The notes: generated by a model not told the origin, from the sequence alone. Counted from the first letter of the stretch, positions 11,094-20,088 are shown. The stretch: DNA of 64,000 nucleotides from an uncultured Anaeroplasmatales bacterium (GCA_964478425.1 CAYZIB010000006.1:8133-72132); one strand, 5' to 3'. Numbers and translations are program-made.

Positions 11094-11202
11094 TATTTTC
11101 ACCAAATTATATTTTTTACTGATATATACAAAATATGTAATTTAATGAATCATACTTTTTATAACTGTTGAACGATAATTAATCTATAAATAATTGTTGT
11201 TA

Positions 11203-11307
11203 TTATTGAATGATTTTCATATTTTTAATTGTTTTGCTGTAAATACAATAACCTATAATAAACAAAATAATTAAATATAATATGATTTTTAAAATATTTT
11301 CACTCAT
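11203..11307 (-). CDS. Possible 34-aa hydrophobic peptide (MSENILKIILYLIILFIIGYCIYSKTIKNMKIIQ)
   Basis: My own translation. The SD-like AAAGGTAAAAATTT precedes the ATG, and there is a single predicted TM segment. The ORF is too short to be in the ORF track. Confidence 0.25.
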   Translation of the reverse strand: MSENILKIILYLIILFIIGYCIYSKTIKNMKIIQ

Positions 11308-11335
11308 AAATTTTTACCTTTTTTTATTAAAATAC

Positions 11336-11435
11336 TTGATTTTTTTAACTTTTTAGCATATATTAATACTAATCAAAGAAAATATTATTTCTTTATCCGT
11401 TGCCGTTATATAGTTAGACAACGGATTTCTTTTTT
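11336..11435 (+). ncRNA. Orphan promoter-terminator unit; candidate small RNA of about 65 nt
   Basis: TTGATT at 11336-11341, a 17 nt spacer, then TATATT at 11359-11364. A hairpin pairs AAAGAAA with TTTCTTT. The terminator pairs ATCCGTTG 11395-11402 with CAACGGAT 11419-11426, followed by TTCTTTTTT. No plus-strand ORF lies between them. Confidence 0.3.
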
Positions 11436-11493
11436 ATAATTTCAGTATTTAATTATATAATATACAAATTATAAAATATATAAATAAAAATGT

Positions 11494-11521
11494 TTGCAAA
11501 AATTTAAGAATATGTTATAAT
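11494..11521 (+). promoter_or_regulatory. Promoter of the rpsF-ssb-rpsR operon
   Basis: TTGCAA at 11494-11499, a 16 nt spacer, then the extended -10 TGtTATAAT at 11513-11521. Confidence 0.65.
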
Positions 11522-11592
11522 ATAAAAAGCGTAGGCGTTATGCTTATCCTTGCTTCAATTAGAAGCCATAAGACCAGAAGGAGGTGTCTAGA
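11522..11592 (+). promoter_or_regulatory. Structured rpsF 5' leader (candidate S6:S18-binding autoregulatory element)
   Basis: The hairpin pairs GCTTC 11552-11556 with GAAGC 11562-11566. It is enclosed by CCTT 11548-11551 pairing with AAGG 11578-11581 of the SD. A leader of this kind is known upstream of rpsF in Firmicutes. Confidence 0.4.
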
Positions 11593-11877
11593 ATGAAAAA
11601 TTATGAATTAATGTTCATTGTTAGACCAAATTTAGAATCTGAAGGTATTAAAAAAACTATTGAAACAGTTCAAAATGTTTTTTTAACAAGAGGTGGTTCA
11701 GTAACTAAAGTAACTGAAATCGGATTAAAAGATTTGGCTTATACTATTAATAAATTTAATAAAGGTTATTATGTAGTAATGAATGTTGTTAGTAATCAAG
11801 AAGCAATTAAAGAATATGATAGAGTTGCTAGAATTAGTGAAGATATCATTAGATTTATTGCTGTAAAGGATGAATAG
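11593..11877 (+). CDS. rpsF: 30S ribosomal protein S6
   Basis: [14 protein letters not shown] is a typical S6 N-terminus. The track's GTG at 11584 lies inside the GAAGGAGG SD, so I use ATG 11593. Confidence 0.95.
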   Translation: MKNYELMFIVRPNLESEGIKKTIETVQNVFLTRGGSVTKVTEIGLKDLAYTINKFNKGYYVVMNVVSNQEAIKEYDRVARISEDIIRFIAVKDE

Positions 11878-11888
11878 GAGGAAAAACT

Positions 11889-12302
11889 ATGTTAAACAGA
11901 GTAGTTTTAGTTGGACGCATTACAAAAGATCCTGAAGTAAGAATGACTGGAAGTAATATTGCTGTATGTTCATTTACAATAGCTGTTAATAGACAATTTG
12001 CTGATGCTAATGGAACAAGACAAGCAGATTTTATTAATTGTGTTGTATGGAGAGCTCAAGCTGAAAATTTAGGAAAATTTGTTAAAAAAGGTAGTTTACT
12101 TGGTATAGATGGTAAATTACAAACAAGAAGTTATGAATCTGAAACAGGAACAAAATATATTACAGAAGTTGTTTGTGATTCTATTCAATTTTTAGAATCA
12201 AAAAATGATAATTCTGAACATGTAAATAATGCAAATACTGAAGAATCTTATTTTTCATCAAGTAAGAAAATAGAAATTTCTGAAGAAGATTTACCATTTT
12301 AG
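11889..12302 (+). CDS. ssb: Single-stranded DNA-binding protein
   Basis: [16 protein letters not shown] is an OB-fold N-terminus, and the acidic tail ends in EEDLPF. Confidence 0.95.
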   Translation: MLNRVVLVGRITKDPEVRMTGSNIAVCSFTIAVNRQFADANGTRQADFINCVVWRAQAENLGKFVKKGSLLGIDGKLQTRSYESETGTKYITEVVCDSIQFLESKNDNSEHVNNANTEESYFSSSKKIEISEEDLPF

Positions 12303-12318
12303 ATAGGAGTGAATAAAA

Positions 12319-12549
12319 ATGCAACAAGGTTTTAAACCAAGAAAAAGAAAAAAAGTATGTTATTGCTGTCAACATAAATTAGATACAGTTGATTATAAAG
12401 ATGTTGAAGCTTTAAAAAAGAATATAACTGATCGTGGTAAAATTTTACCTAGAAGAGTTACAGGTGCTTGTGCTAAACACCAAAGAATGATTGCTCAATC
12501 AATCAAAAGAGCAAGACATATGGCATTAATCCCATTTGTTAAAGACTAA
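12319..12549 (+). CDS. rpsR: 30S ribosomal protein S18
   Basis: VDYKDV..LKK.I...[16 protein letters not shown]. Confidence 0.95.
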   Translation: MQQGFKPRKRKKVCYCCQHKLDTVDYKDVEALKKNITDRGKILPRRVTGACAKHQRMIAQSIKRARHMALIPFVKD

Positions 12550-12575
12550 TTAGGCTTTTTTAAGCCTTTTTTTGT
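12550..12575 (+). terminator. Rho-independent terminator after rpsR
   Basis: AGGCTT 12552-12557 pairs with AAGCCT 12562-12567, followed by a T-run. Confidence 0.75.
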
Positions 12576-12621
12576 TTTAAAAATATAATATTATGATATA
12601 ATTATATATGGATGTGATACA

Positions 12622-15039
12622 ATGAAAAAAATATTAATGCTTATAGCGTCTGTTTTTTTAATGATTGTTGGGATTATTGAATATCCTTTTATAACAAACA
12701 CAAAACTTATTTGGGTTTTTGTTTTAGGATTAGGAATTATAGGAATAGTTTTTGTTATTACATTATATATAATGGATAATCGTAATAAAAAAATAAAAAA
12801 CCTAGAAAATAGACTTGAGGCATGGAATAGTATGGCCTATAATGTTAAAAGAGCTGGAGACGAAACATTTAATGAGTTACCTATTGGAATTATTTCTTTT
12901 GATAGTGATAATTTTATTAAATGGGCTAATCCATATACAAGTCAAATATTCGGACAAAATATTACAGATAAATTATTGTTTGAAATAGATGAAAAACTTT
13001 TTGAATTATTAAAAGATAATAAAGATATTTATGGATTTACAATAAATGGAAAATGCTATGATATTATTTTTAGAAGTAAATATAAACTATTATATTTGTT
13101 TGATGTTACTGAAAGAGAAGAAATAAAAAATTTATATAAAAACAGCAGATTAGCAATTGCAATTATATCTTTAGATAATTTAGATGAAGCATTAGAGGGT
13201 TTTGATGTTTATGAAAAATCTAAAATGCGTGGATTATATTTAGGAGCAATTACTGATTGGGCTGAAAAATATAATGCTTTTTTGCAAACAAGTAACGAGC
13301 AAATATTGATGATAACAACCTATGAAAAGTTACGAGAAATGATAAAAGAAAAATTTGATATTTTAGATCAAGTTAAAGATATATCATCTCAAAATAATTT
13401 GAGAATTACAGTTAGTATGGGAGTTGCATGTTGGGATATTTCTTTTTTAAGCTTAGGATCATATGCTAAAAATGCATTTGATTTGGCTGAAAAAAGAGGT
13501 GGAGATCAAGTTGTTGTTAATGTCGAAAATGAAAAAATTGCCTATTTTGGTGGTAAAACAAGTGCTATTGAAAAAAATACTAAAATAGAAGCAAGAGTAC
13601 ATGCACACGCTTTAAAAGATTTAATTGAACAGTCTTCTAATGTTTTTATTATGGGACACAAAGATATGGATAGTGACTCATTAGGAGCTGCTATAGGGTG
13701 TTTAAGATTAGCATTATATAGTAAAAAAGATGCATATATAGTTTATGATTATGAATTTTTAGATAATACAGTAAAAAAAATAATAGAAGAGTTTAAATTG
13801 AAAAATCAAGAATTATTAAAACATGTTTTAAATTCTGATGATGCTTTAGAATTAATTGATTCTGATAGTTTATTAATAGCATGTGATACTCAATCACCTA
13901 ATATTATTATGAGTCAAGATCTATTAAATAGTGCACGAAAAGTAGCTATAATTGATCATCATAGGGCAAGTGATAATTCATTTTCTAATGTTGTTTATTC
14001 GTATGTTGAACCATATGCATCAAGTACTGTTGAATTAATAACAGAAATGATTTCTTTTTATGCACCAGAATTAAAATTAAATAAAGAAGAAGCATCTGTT
14101 TTATTAACTGGAATTGTAGTTGATACTAATGATTTTACATTTAGAACTGGATCTAGAACTTTTGATGTAGCATCTGTATTAAAAGAACATGGTGCAGATA
14201 TGTTGGTTGTAAGAAATTATTTAAGAGAAAATTATAATGAATACATGGAGTTAATGAAATTAATTAATAATTCTAATGTTTATATTGGTAAATTTTTAAT
14301 TTCTACAGGTGATGAAACAATTTTTGAAAGAGCAACACTAGCTAAATGTTCTGATCAATTATTAAGAATTGAAAATATTGAAGCATCATTTACAATCGGT
14401 TATTTAACTAAAGATAAAATCGGAATAAGTGCAAGAAGTTTTGAAAATGTAAATGTCCAAGTTATAATGGAAGAATTGGGTGGAGGAGGACATTTAAATA
14501 ACGCAGGTGCCCAATTTGAAAATAAAACAATTGATGAAGTAAAAAATATGTTAGTTCAAATTTTAAAAAGAGATTATATGGAAGGTGATGAATCTATGAA
14601 GGTAATTTTACTTGAAGATCTTAAAGGTAGAGGAACTAAGGGTGAAATAGTCGATGTTGTTCAAGGATATGGAAATTTCTTATTGAATAATAATAAAGCT
14701 ATTATAGCCAATGCAGAAAATATTAAAAAATTAGAAGAAGAAAAAAGAATAATCGAACAACAAGCAATTGAATATTATAACTTAATGTTAAAATTAAAAT
14801 CTGAAATAGATGGTAAAAGTATTAATATTGCTATAAAAATGGGTGATAATAATAGATTTTATGGTGCAGTAACATCTAAACAAATTGCTGATGAATTTGA
14901 ATTACAAACAGGTATTAAAATTGATAAAAAGAAAATAAATTTAGATAGTGAAATAAATTCACTTGGAATTTATACAGCTCATATAAAATTACATAAAGAT
15001 ATCGTAGCAAGTTTTGAAATAAATGTTATTGAAAAGTAG
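12622..15039 (+). CDS. gdpP: Cyclic-di-AMP phosphodiesterase GdpP (2 TM, PAS-like, degenerate GGDEF, DHH/DHHA1) continuing in frame into ribosomal protein L9
   Basis: Two N-terminal TM helices. DHH motifs DMDSDS, DHH and GGGH. There is no stop codon before the L9 sequence, giving one 805-codon ORF. Confidence 0.85.
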   Translation: MKKILMLIASVFLMIVGIIEYPFITNTKLIWVFVLGLGIIGIVFVITLYIMDNRNKKIKNLENRLEAWNSMAYNVKRAGDETFNELPIGIISFDSDNFIKWANPYTSQIFGQNITDKLLFEIDEKLFELLKDNKDIYGFTINGKCYDIIFRSKYKLLYLFDVTEREEIKNLYKNSRLAIAIISLDNLDEALEGFDVYEKSKMRGLYLGAITDWAEKYNAFLQTSNEQILMITTYEKLREMIKEKFDILDQVKDISSQNNLRITVSMGVACWDISFLSLGSYAKNAFDLAEKRGGDQVVVNVENEKIAYFGGKTSAIEKNTKIEARVHAHALKDLIEQSSNVFIMGHKDMDSDSLGAAIGCLRLALYSKKDAYIVYDYEFLDNTVKKIIEEFKLKNQELLKHVLNSDDALELIDSDSLLIACDTQSPNIIMSQDLLNSARKVAIIDHHRASDNSFSNVVYSYVEPYASSTVELITEMISFYAPELKLNKEEASVLLTGIVVDTNDFTFRTGSRTFDVASVLKEHGADMLVVRNYLRENYNEYMELMKLINNSNVYIGKFLISTGDETIFERATLAKCSDQLLRIENIEASFTIGYLTKDKIGISARSFENVNVQVIMEELGGGGHLNNAGAQFENKTIDEVKNMLVQILKRDYMEGDESMKVILLEDLKGRGTKGEIVDVVQGYGNFLLNNNKAIIANAENIKKLEEEKRIIEQQAIEYYNLMLKLKSEIDGKSINIAIKMGDNNRFYGAVTSKQIADEFELQTGIKIDKKKINLDSEINSLGIYTAHIKLHKDIVASFEINVIEK
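14596..15039 (+). CDS. rplI: 50S ribosomal protein L9, probably also initiated independently at an internal ATG
   Basis: MKVILLEDLKGRGTKGEIVDV is a canonical L9 N-terminus. The SD GAAGGTGA at 14581-14588 lies 7 nt upstream of ATG 14596. The product is 147 aa. Confidence 0.85.
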   Translation: MKVILLEDLKGRGTKGEIVDVVQGYGNFLLNNNKAIIANAENIKKLEEEKRIIEQQAIEYYNLMLKLKSEIDGKSINIAIKMGDNNRFYGAVTSKQIADEFELQTGIKIDKKKINLDSEINSLGIYTAHIKLHKDIVASFEINVIEK

Positions 15040-15047
15040 GTGAAACA

Positions 15048-16406
15048 ATGTCTAAAGTAACGCCTTTTAGTTTAGAAATAGAACAAGCAATTTTAGGGTG
15101 TATTTTCTTTAATCCAAGCCAAATTATTGCATTAGCAGATAAAATAAATGTTAATGATTTTTTTGATAAAAGAAATCAATTAATTTTTGCTAGTTTTAAA
15201 AAATTAAATGAACAACATTTAAATATTGATTATACAACAGTTATTCAAGATTTAACAAATAATAATCAATTAGAATTAGCTGGTGGAATTGGTTATATAA
15301 GTATGTTGACAGATGCAGTTGCATCAGAAAAAAACTTAGATAATTATGTAGAAATTTTGATTAATTTTTCATTAAAAAGACAAATGATTGATGTTGCTAA
15401 TGAAATAATGAATATTGGATATGATAATTCTTATACATCTGCAAATTATTTAGATTTAGCAGAAGAAAAAGTATTTGAAGTTGCTAAAAGAAGAAAAACA
15501 TCTGCTTTTATGACAATGGGAGAATTGACAAATCTTGTTAAAGAAAAAGTTGAAGCAAATCAACAATCAAAAGATGGATTAACAGGATTAGATACTGGTT
15601 TTTCTAAAATAAATGAACTTAATTCTGGTTTACAACCAGAACAATTAATAATACTTGCAGCAAGACCATCAATGGGAAAAAGTGCTTTTGCTACTAATTT
15701 AGCATTGAATATTGCTAAAAATAATAAAAATGGAAAAGCAGGTGTTGCAATTTTTAGTTTGGAAATGAGTAATGAACAAATAGCTCAAAGAATGATTTCT
15801 ACTGAATCTAAAATTAATAGTGATAAACTTAAAAATGGTGATTTAACCAAAGAAGATTGGTTATTATTCCAAAGTACAAACAATTTATTTCAAAATTTAA
15901 ATATTTATTTTGATGATTCTTCAGGTATTACTATAGGAGAAATAAGAGCTAAATGTAGAAAACTTGCACAACAAGGAAACTTAGATGTAGTAATTATTGA
16001 CTACTTACAATTAATATCTTTAGAAGGAAATGCAAGTAATAGACAAGAAGAAGTTTCAAAAATATCAAGATTATTAAAACAAATGGCAAGAGAATTAAAA
16101 ATTCCTGTTATTGCATTATCACAATTATCTCGTGAAGTTGATAAATCCGAATCAAAAATTCCTGTAATGGCTCATTTAAGAGAATCAGGAAGTATTGAAC
16201 AAGATGCTGATGTTATAATGTTCTTATATCGTGAAGATTATTATAATCCTGCATCTCAAAGAAAAGGAGAAGCTGATGTAATTGTAGCTAAAAACCGTTC
16301 TGGTAGGTCAGGAATTACAATACCATTTATTTTTGAAGCACCATTCTCTTGTTTTAAACAAAAAACTGATTATGTAGATGAGGATATAAAATATGATAAC
16401 GACTGA
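15048..16406 (+). CDS. dnaB: Replicative DNA helicase (DnaB family; DnaC in B. subtilis nomenclature)
   Basis: Walker A ARPSMGKSAF, LSQLSR, and ESGSIEQDADV. Confidence 0.95.
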   Translation: MSKVTPFSLEIEQAILGCIFFNPSQIIALADKINVNDFFDKRNQLIFASFKKLNEQHLNIDYTTVIQDLTNNNQLELAGGIGYISMLTDAVASEKNLDNYVEILINFSLKRQMIDVANEIMNIGYDNSYTSANYLDLAEEKVFEVAKRRKTSAFMTMGELTNLVKEKVEANQQSKDGLTGLDTGFSKINELNSGLQPEQLIILAARPSMGKSAFATNLALNIAKNNKNGKAGVAIFSLEMSNEQIAQRMISTESKINSDKLKNGDLTKEDWLLFQSTNNLFQNLNIYFDDSSGITIGEIRAKCRKLAQQGNLDVVIIDYLQLISLEGNASNRQEEVSKISRLLKQMARELKIPVIALSQLSREVDKSESKIPVMAHLRESGSIEQDADVIMFLYREDYYNPASQRKGEADVIVAKNRSGRSGITIPFIFEAPFSCFKQKTDYVDEDIKYDND

Positions 16407-17466
16407 TAGACTAGATTTAATGGAAAAAAGATATCAAGAAATAATAAATGAATTATCTGATCCAAAAATAGCTCAAGATGTAAAAAAAATGACAGATTTA
16501 TCTAAAGAAATGAAACGCCTTTTAAAAGTAGTTACTGTTTATAATGAGTATAAAAAAATAAACGAAGCTATTAAAGATTTAAAAGAATTAGAAAAGGAAA
16601 ATGATCCTGAAATTTCTCAAATGGCAAAAATTGAATTAGATGAATCAAATGAAAAAATTATTAAATTAGAAGAAGAATTAAAAGTTATGTTGCTTCCAAA
16701 AGATCCAAACGATGAAAAAAATGTTATCGTAGAAATAAGAGGAGCAGCTGGTGGAGATGAAGCAAATATATTTGCTGGTGATTTATTTAGAATGTATTCT
16801 AAATATGCAGAATCTAAAGGTTGGAAAATAGAGGTTATTAATAGCTTGCCAAGTGAAATGGGTGGTTTTTCTCAAATTGAATTTATTGTTTCAGGTGAAT
16901 CTGTATATAGTATGTTAAAATATGAATCTGGTGCACATAGAGTTCAAAGAGTTCCAGAAACAGAATCACAAGGAAGAATTCAAACATCAACAGCAACCGT
17001 ACTAGTGATGCCTGAATCAGATGATTTAGAAATTGATGTTGATTGGAATGATATTAGAGTTGATACATTTTGTTCAAGTGGACCTGGTGGTCAATCTGTA
17101 AATACAACAAAATCTGCAGTAAGATTAACTTATATACCGACTGGATTATCTGTAGCATGTCAAGAAGGTAAATCACAACATGAAAATAAGGCAACAGCTT
17201 TTAGATTATTAAAATCAAGATTATATGATCAAATGTTACAAGAAAAAGAAGAAAAAGAAGGACAAGTAAGAAAAAAACTTGTTGGTAGAGGAGATAGAAG
17301 TGAAAAAATAAGAACTTATAATTATCCTCAAAGTCGAGTAACAGACCATAGAATAAATTTTACTATTCAAAGATTGGATGCTATTATGGAAGGGAAACTT
17401 GATTTAGTTATTAATGAATTAATTAATGAAGATCAAAAAAGATTATTAGCTGGTGAGGAAAATTAA
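16393..17466 (+). CDS. prfA: Peptide chain release factor 1
   Basis: GGQ motif (SGPGGQSVNTT) and the RF1-type PET tripeptide. It overlaps dnaB by 14 nt. Confidence 0.95.
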   Translation: MITTDRLDLMEKRYQEIINELSDPKIAQDVKKMTDLSKEMKRLLKVVTVYNEYKKINEAIKDLKELEKENDPEISQMAKIELDESNEKIIKLEEELKVMLLPKDPNDEKNVIVEIRGAAGGDEANIFAGDLFRMYSKYAESKGWKIEVINSLPSEMGGFSQIEFIVSGESVYSMLKYESGAHRVQRVPETESQGRIQTSTATVLVMPESDDLEIDVDWNDIRVDTFCSSGPGGQSVNTTKSAVRLTYIPTGLSVACQEGKSQHENKATAFRLLKSRLYDQMLQEKEEKEGQVRKKLVGRGDRSEKIRTYNYPQSRVTDHRINFTIQRLDAIMEGKLDLVINELINEDQKRLLAGEEN

Positions 17467-17659
17467 AAAAAGAATTGATAAAAAAATTCTTTTTTTTTAT
17501 TTGATTAAAAAATAATAAAAAAATTGTCATAATTTATTCATATTCATTGTTATTTTTTAATTATCATTAAGATAAAATAAGCCAATTTTTTTTATAATTA
17601 GGTTTTATTTTACATTATTTTTTGTTATAATAATTTTGTCGAAAAAGAGGAATTTAATT

Positions 17660-18523
17660 ATGAATTATTTAAAACTATATAAAAAATCTGCTCAAGAAGC
17701 AATTAATTTAAATAAAGAAGAAACAGCTATATTATATTTATTACAAGAAGCATCTAATATGAATCAAACAGAACTTTATACTAATTTTAATAAGAAAGTT
17801 GAATGTGATATATTAGAAAAATTTACTATTTTAAAAAATAAATATTTGTACGAAAATATACCAGTTCAATATTTAATTGGATATGTTTATTTTATGGGGT
17901 ATAAATTTTATGTTGATAACAATGTTTTAATTCCTAGATTTGAAACAGAGGAATTAGTTGAACATACACTTTATTTATATGATGAATATTTTAAAAATGA
18001 AAAAGTTAATGTTTGTGATATAGGTTGTGGAAGTGGATGTATAGCAATATCTTTAGCAAAAGAAATTAAAAATTCGAATGTTTATGCTACAGATATTTCT
18101 GTAGATGCTATTAATGTTGCTAAAAAAAATGCTTTATTAAACGAAGCAAATATTAATTTTCTTGTTGGAGATATGGTAGAACCATTAATCAATAATAATA
18201 TAAAAGTTGATATTTTTATTTCAAATCCACCATATATTCCATTAACAGAAGAAGTTGATAGTTTAGTAAAAGATAATGAACCTAATATTGCATTATTTGG
18301 TGGATCTGATGGAATGTTTTTTTATAATAAAATAATTGATAATATTAAAAAAGTTTTAAATACTAAATTTATTGTTGGATTTGAGCATGCCTATGATAAA
18401 AAAGATGAAATGAAATCTTTAATTTTATCTAAATTTGATGAAAAAGATATTATTATAAAACAATTAAAAGATATTAATGGGAAAGATAGAATGACTTTTA
18501 TAATAGGTGGTTTCAATGATTAA
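17660..18523 (+). CDS. prmC: Release-factor glutamine N5-methyltransferase
   Basis: The NPPY motif (ISNPPYIP) and the SAM motif DIGCGSGC. I use ATG 17660 after AAAGAGGA; the track's TTG at 17636 is unlikely. Confidence 0.9.
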   Translation: MNYLKLYKKSAQEAINLNKEETAILYLLQEASNMNQTELYTNFNKKVECDILEKFTILKNKYLYENIPVQYLIGYVYFMGYKFYVDNNVLIPRFETEELVEHTLYLYDEYFKNEKVNVCDIGCGSGCIAISLAKEIKNSNVYATDISVDAINVAKKNALLNEANINFLVGDMVEPLINNNIKVDIFISNPPYIPLTEEVDSLVKDNEPNIALFGGSDGMFFYNKIIDNIKKVLNTKFIVGFEHAYDKKDEMKSLILSKFDEKDIIIKQLKDINGKDRMTFIIGGFND

Positions 18524-19064
18524 AGAAGGGTACTTATTTGCTTTTCCAACTGATACAGTTTATGGTCTTGGAACTAGATTTATAGATCTAAAAGGGATTA
18601 ATAAGATTTATGAATTAAAACAAAGATCAATAGATAAAAAAATACCTGTTTTATTTAGTAATATAGAAGATATTTTAAAAATATGTATTGTTGATGAAAA
18701 AATTTTAAAAATAGCTAAAGCATTTTGGCCAGGAGCATTAACAATTATTTTAAAACTCAAAGAAAAAATAAGTGTTTATGATGATACTATTGCAGTAAGA
18801 ATACCAGATTCAAAAATTGCACTTGATTTAATTAATAAATATGGACCACTAGCAACCACAAGTTGTAATTTATCAGGGAAAAAAGAATTAAAAAGCAAAA
18901 AAGAAATCATAGAAGTATTTGGTAATAACATTGATTTTGTGATTGATGATATTGAAAATAAAAAGTCTAATATATCATCTACTATAATAAGTTTTATTGA
19001 TGGTAAGTTAAATATTTTAAGAGAAGGAACAATTAAAAAAGAAGATATTTTAAAATATGTATAA
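18516..19064 (+). CDS. tsaC: L-threonylcarbamoyladenylate synthase (TsaC/YwlC, Sua5/YrdC family)
   Basis: FPTDTVYGLG, FWPGALT, TSCNLSG. It overlaps prmC by 8 nt. Confidence 0.85.
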   Translation: MIKEGYLFAFPTDTVYGLGTRFIDLKGINKIYELKQRSIDKKIPVLFSNIEDILKICIVDEKILKIAKAFWPGALTIILKLKEKISVYDDTIAVRIPDSKIALDLINKYGPLATTSCNLSGKKELKSKKEIIEVFGNNIDFVIDDIENKKSNISSTIISFIDGKLNILREGTIKKEDILKYV

Positions 19065-19108
19065 AAATCTCCCCTTTGGAAAAAATATAAAAAAGGGGAG
19101 ATTTTTTT
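19065..19108 (+). terminator. Terminator after tsaC whose 3' arm contains the spoIIR SD
   Basis: AAATCTCCCCTT 19065-19076 pairs with AAGGGGAGATTT 19093-19104, followed by a T-run and then ATG 19109. Confidence 0.75.
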
Positions 19109-19612
19109 ATGAAAAAAAGTATTTTAATATTAATTTTATTTTTTATTTTTTTAATGATTATTAAAAATGATGAAAAAAAAGAAGAAATTAGAATTAGAAT
19201 TATTTCCAATTCAAATTTAGAAGAAGATTTAATCTTAAAAAGAGAAATAAAAAATTTTACATGTGTTTTTTTAGAAGAAATGATAAATGATGAAAAAAAT
19301 ATTGAAAATATAAAAATAAAAATTAAAAACAACATTAATAATTTATCTAATGAATTAATAAAATTATATAAAGAAAATATTTCTGTTAGTTTTGAAAATC
19401 ATTTTTTTAAAAATAAAACTTATAATGGTAAAATTATAGAAGGTGGAAATTATTTAACCTTACTTATCAAAATTAATAATGCTAAAGGAGATAACTGGTG
19501 GGGAACCATTTATCCTGAATTATTTAGTATAAATACAGAAGAAAAAATAACTTATAAAAGTTATATATTAGAAATTTTAAAAGGGGATAAAAATGTTAAA
19601 AAAAGTAGATGA
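19109..19612 (+). CDS. spoIIR: Stage II sporulation protein R
   Basis: An N-terminal signal/TM segment, IRIRIISNSN..ED..LK, and the GDNWWGTIYPELF signature. Synteny with tsaC matches B. subtilis (spoIIR-ywlC). Confidence 0.8.
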   Translation: MKKSILILILFFIFLMIIKNDEKKEEIRIRIISNSNLEEDLILKREIKNFTCVFLEEMINDEKNIENIKIKIKNNINNLSNELIKLYKENISVSFENHFFKNKTYNGKIIEGGNYLTLLIKINNAKGDNWWGTIYPELFSINTEEKITYKSYILEILKGDKNVKKSR

Positions 19613-20012
19613 AACTAATAAAGAAAGTTTGAAAAATTTTTTATTAAAGATTAATAATAATGAAATAAATGAGAAATTTGATAATGCATATTTTATTGAA
19701 ATTGATTCTCAAATTAAAGGTGTAATTGCATATGAAATGTTAGATAATATTGCATTAATTAAATATTTTATTTTTTATAAAAATCTTGATATTCTTGAAA
19801 TAAGAAAATTATTTGAATTTAGTAAAAATGATATACTAAATAATGATTTTAAAATTATTACAATTTGTTATAACGAAGAATCTATAGAGTTATTTTTAAA
19901 TTTAGAGTTTAATATTATTAATAAAGACAAATGTTTTATTAATGATACAAATATTTTAAAAACAGATTATAAAGATGCAGTAGTAATGCAGTATTTAAAT
20001 AAAAAAAATTAA
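19593..20012 (+). CDS. Hypothetical protein, possibly with a small GNAT-like fold
   Basis: 139-aa ORF overlapping spoIIR by 20 nt. It has no strong motif. Confidence 0.4.
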   Translation: MLKKVDETNKESLKNFLLKINNNEINEKFDNAYFIEIDSQIKGVIAYEMLDNIALIKYFIFYKNLDILEIRKLFEFSKNDILNNDFKIITICYNEESIELFLNLEFNIINKDKCFINDTNILKTDYKDAVVMQYLNKKN

Positions 20013-20088
20013 AATTAATTTTATAAGTTTATTCAGAAATGAATACTTATTTTTTTTATAAAAAATGTTTTCATAAAAAAAATAAAAA

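Noticed and set aside
11203-11435. Interpreting the mini-ORF plus candidate sRNA as a type I toxin-antitoxin pair.
   Set aside because: The best minus-strand promoter candidate for the peptide (TTGATT, 15 nt, TGcTAAAAA) would start transcription near 11345. The plus-strand RNA would start near 11371. The transcripts would therefore be back-to-back, not overlapping. I also found no extended complementarity between them. I kept the locus only as a generic sRNA/peptide candidate.
12572-12602. A full sigma-A promoter for gdpP.
   Set aside because: Only the extended -10 (TGaTATAAT, 12594-12602) is convincing. The nearest -35-like hexamer (TTGTTT) has a 19-nt spacer, so I did not list this as a feature.
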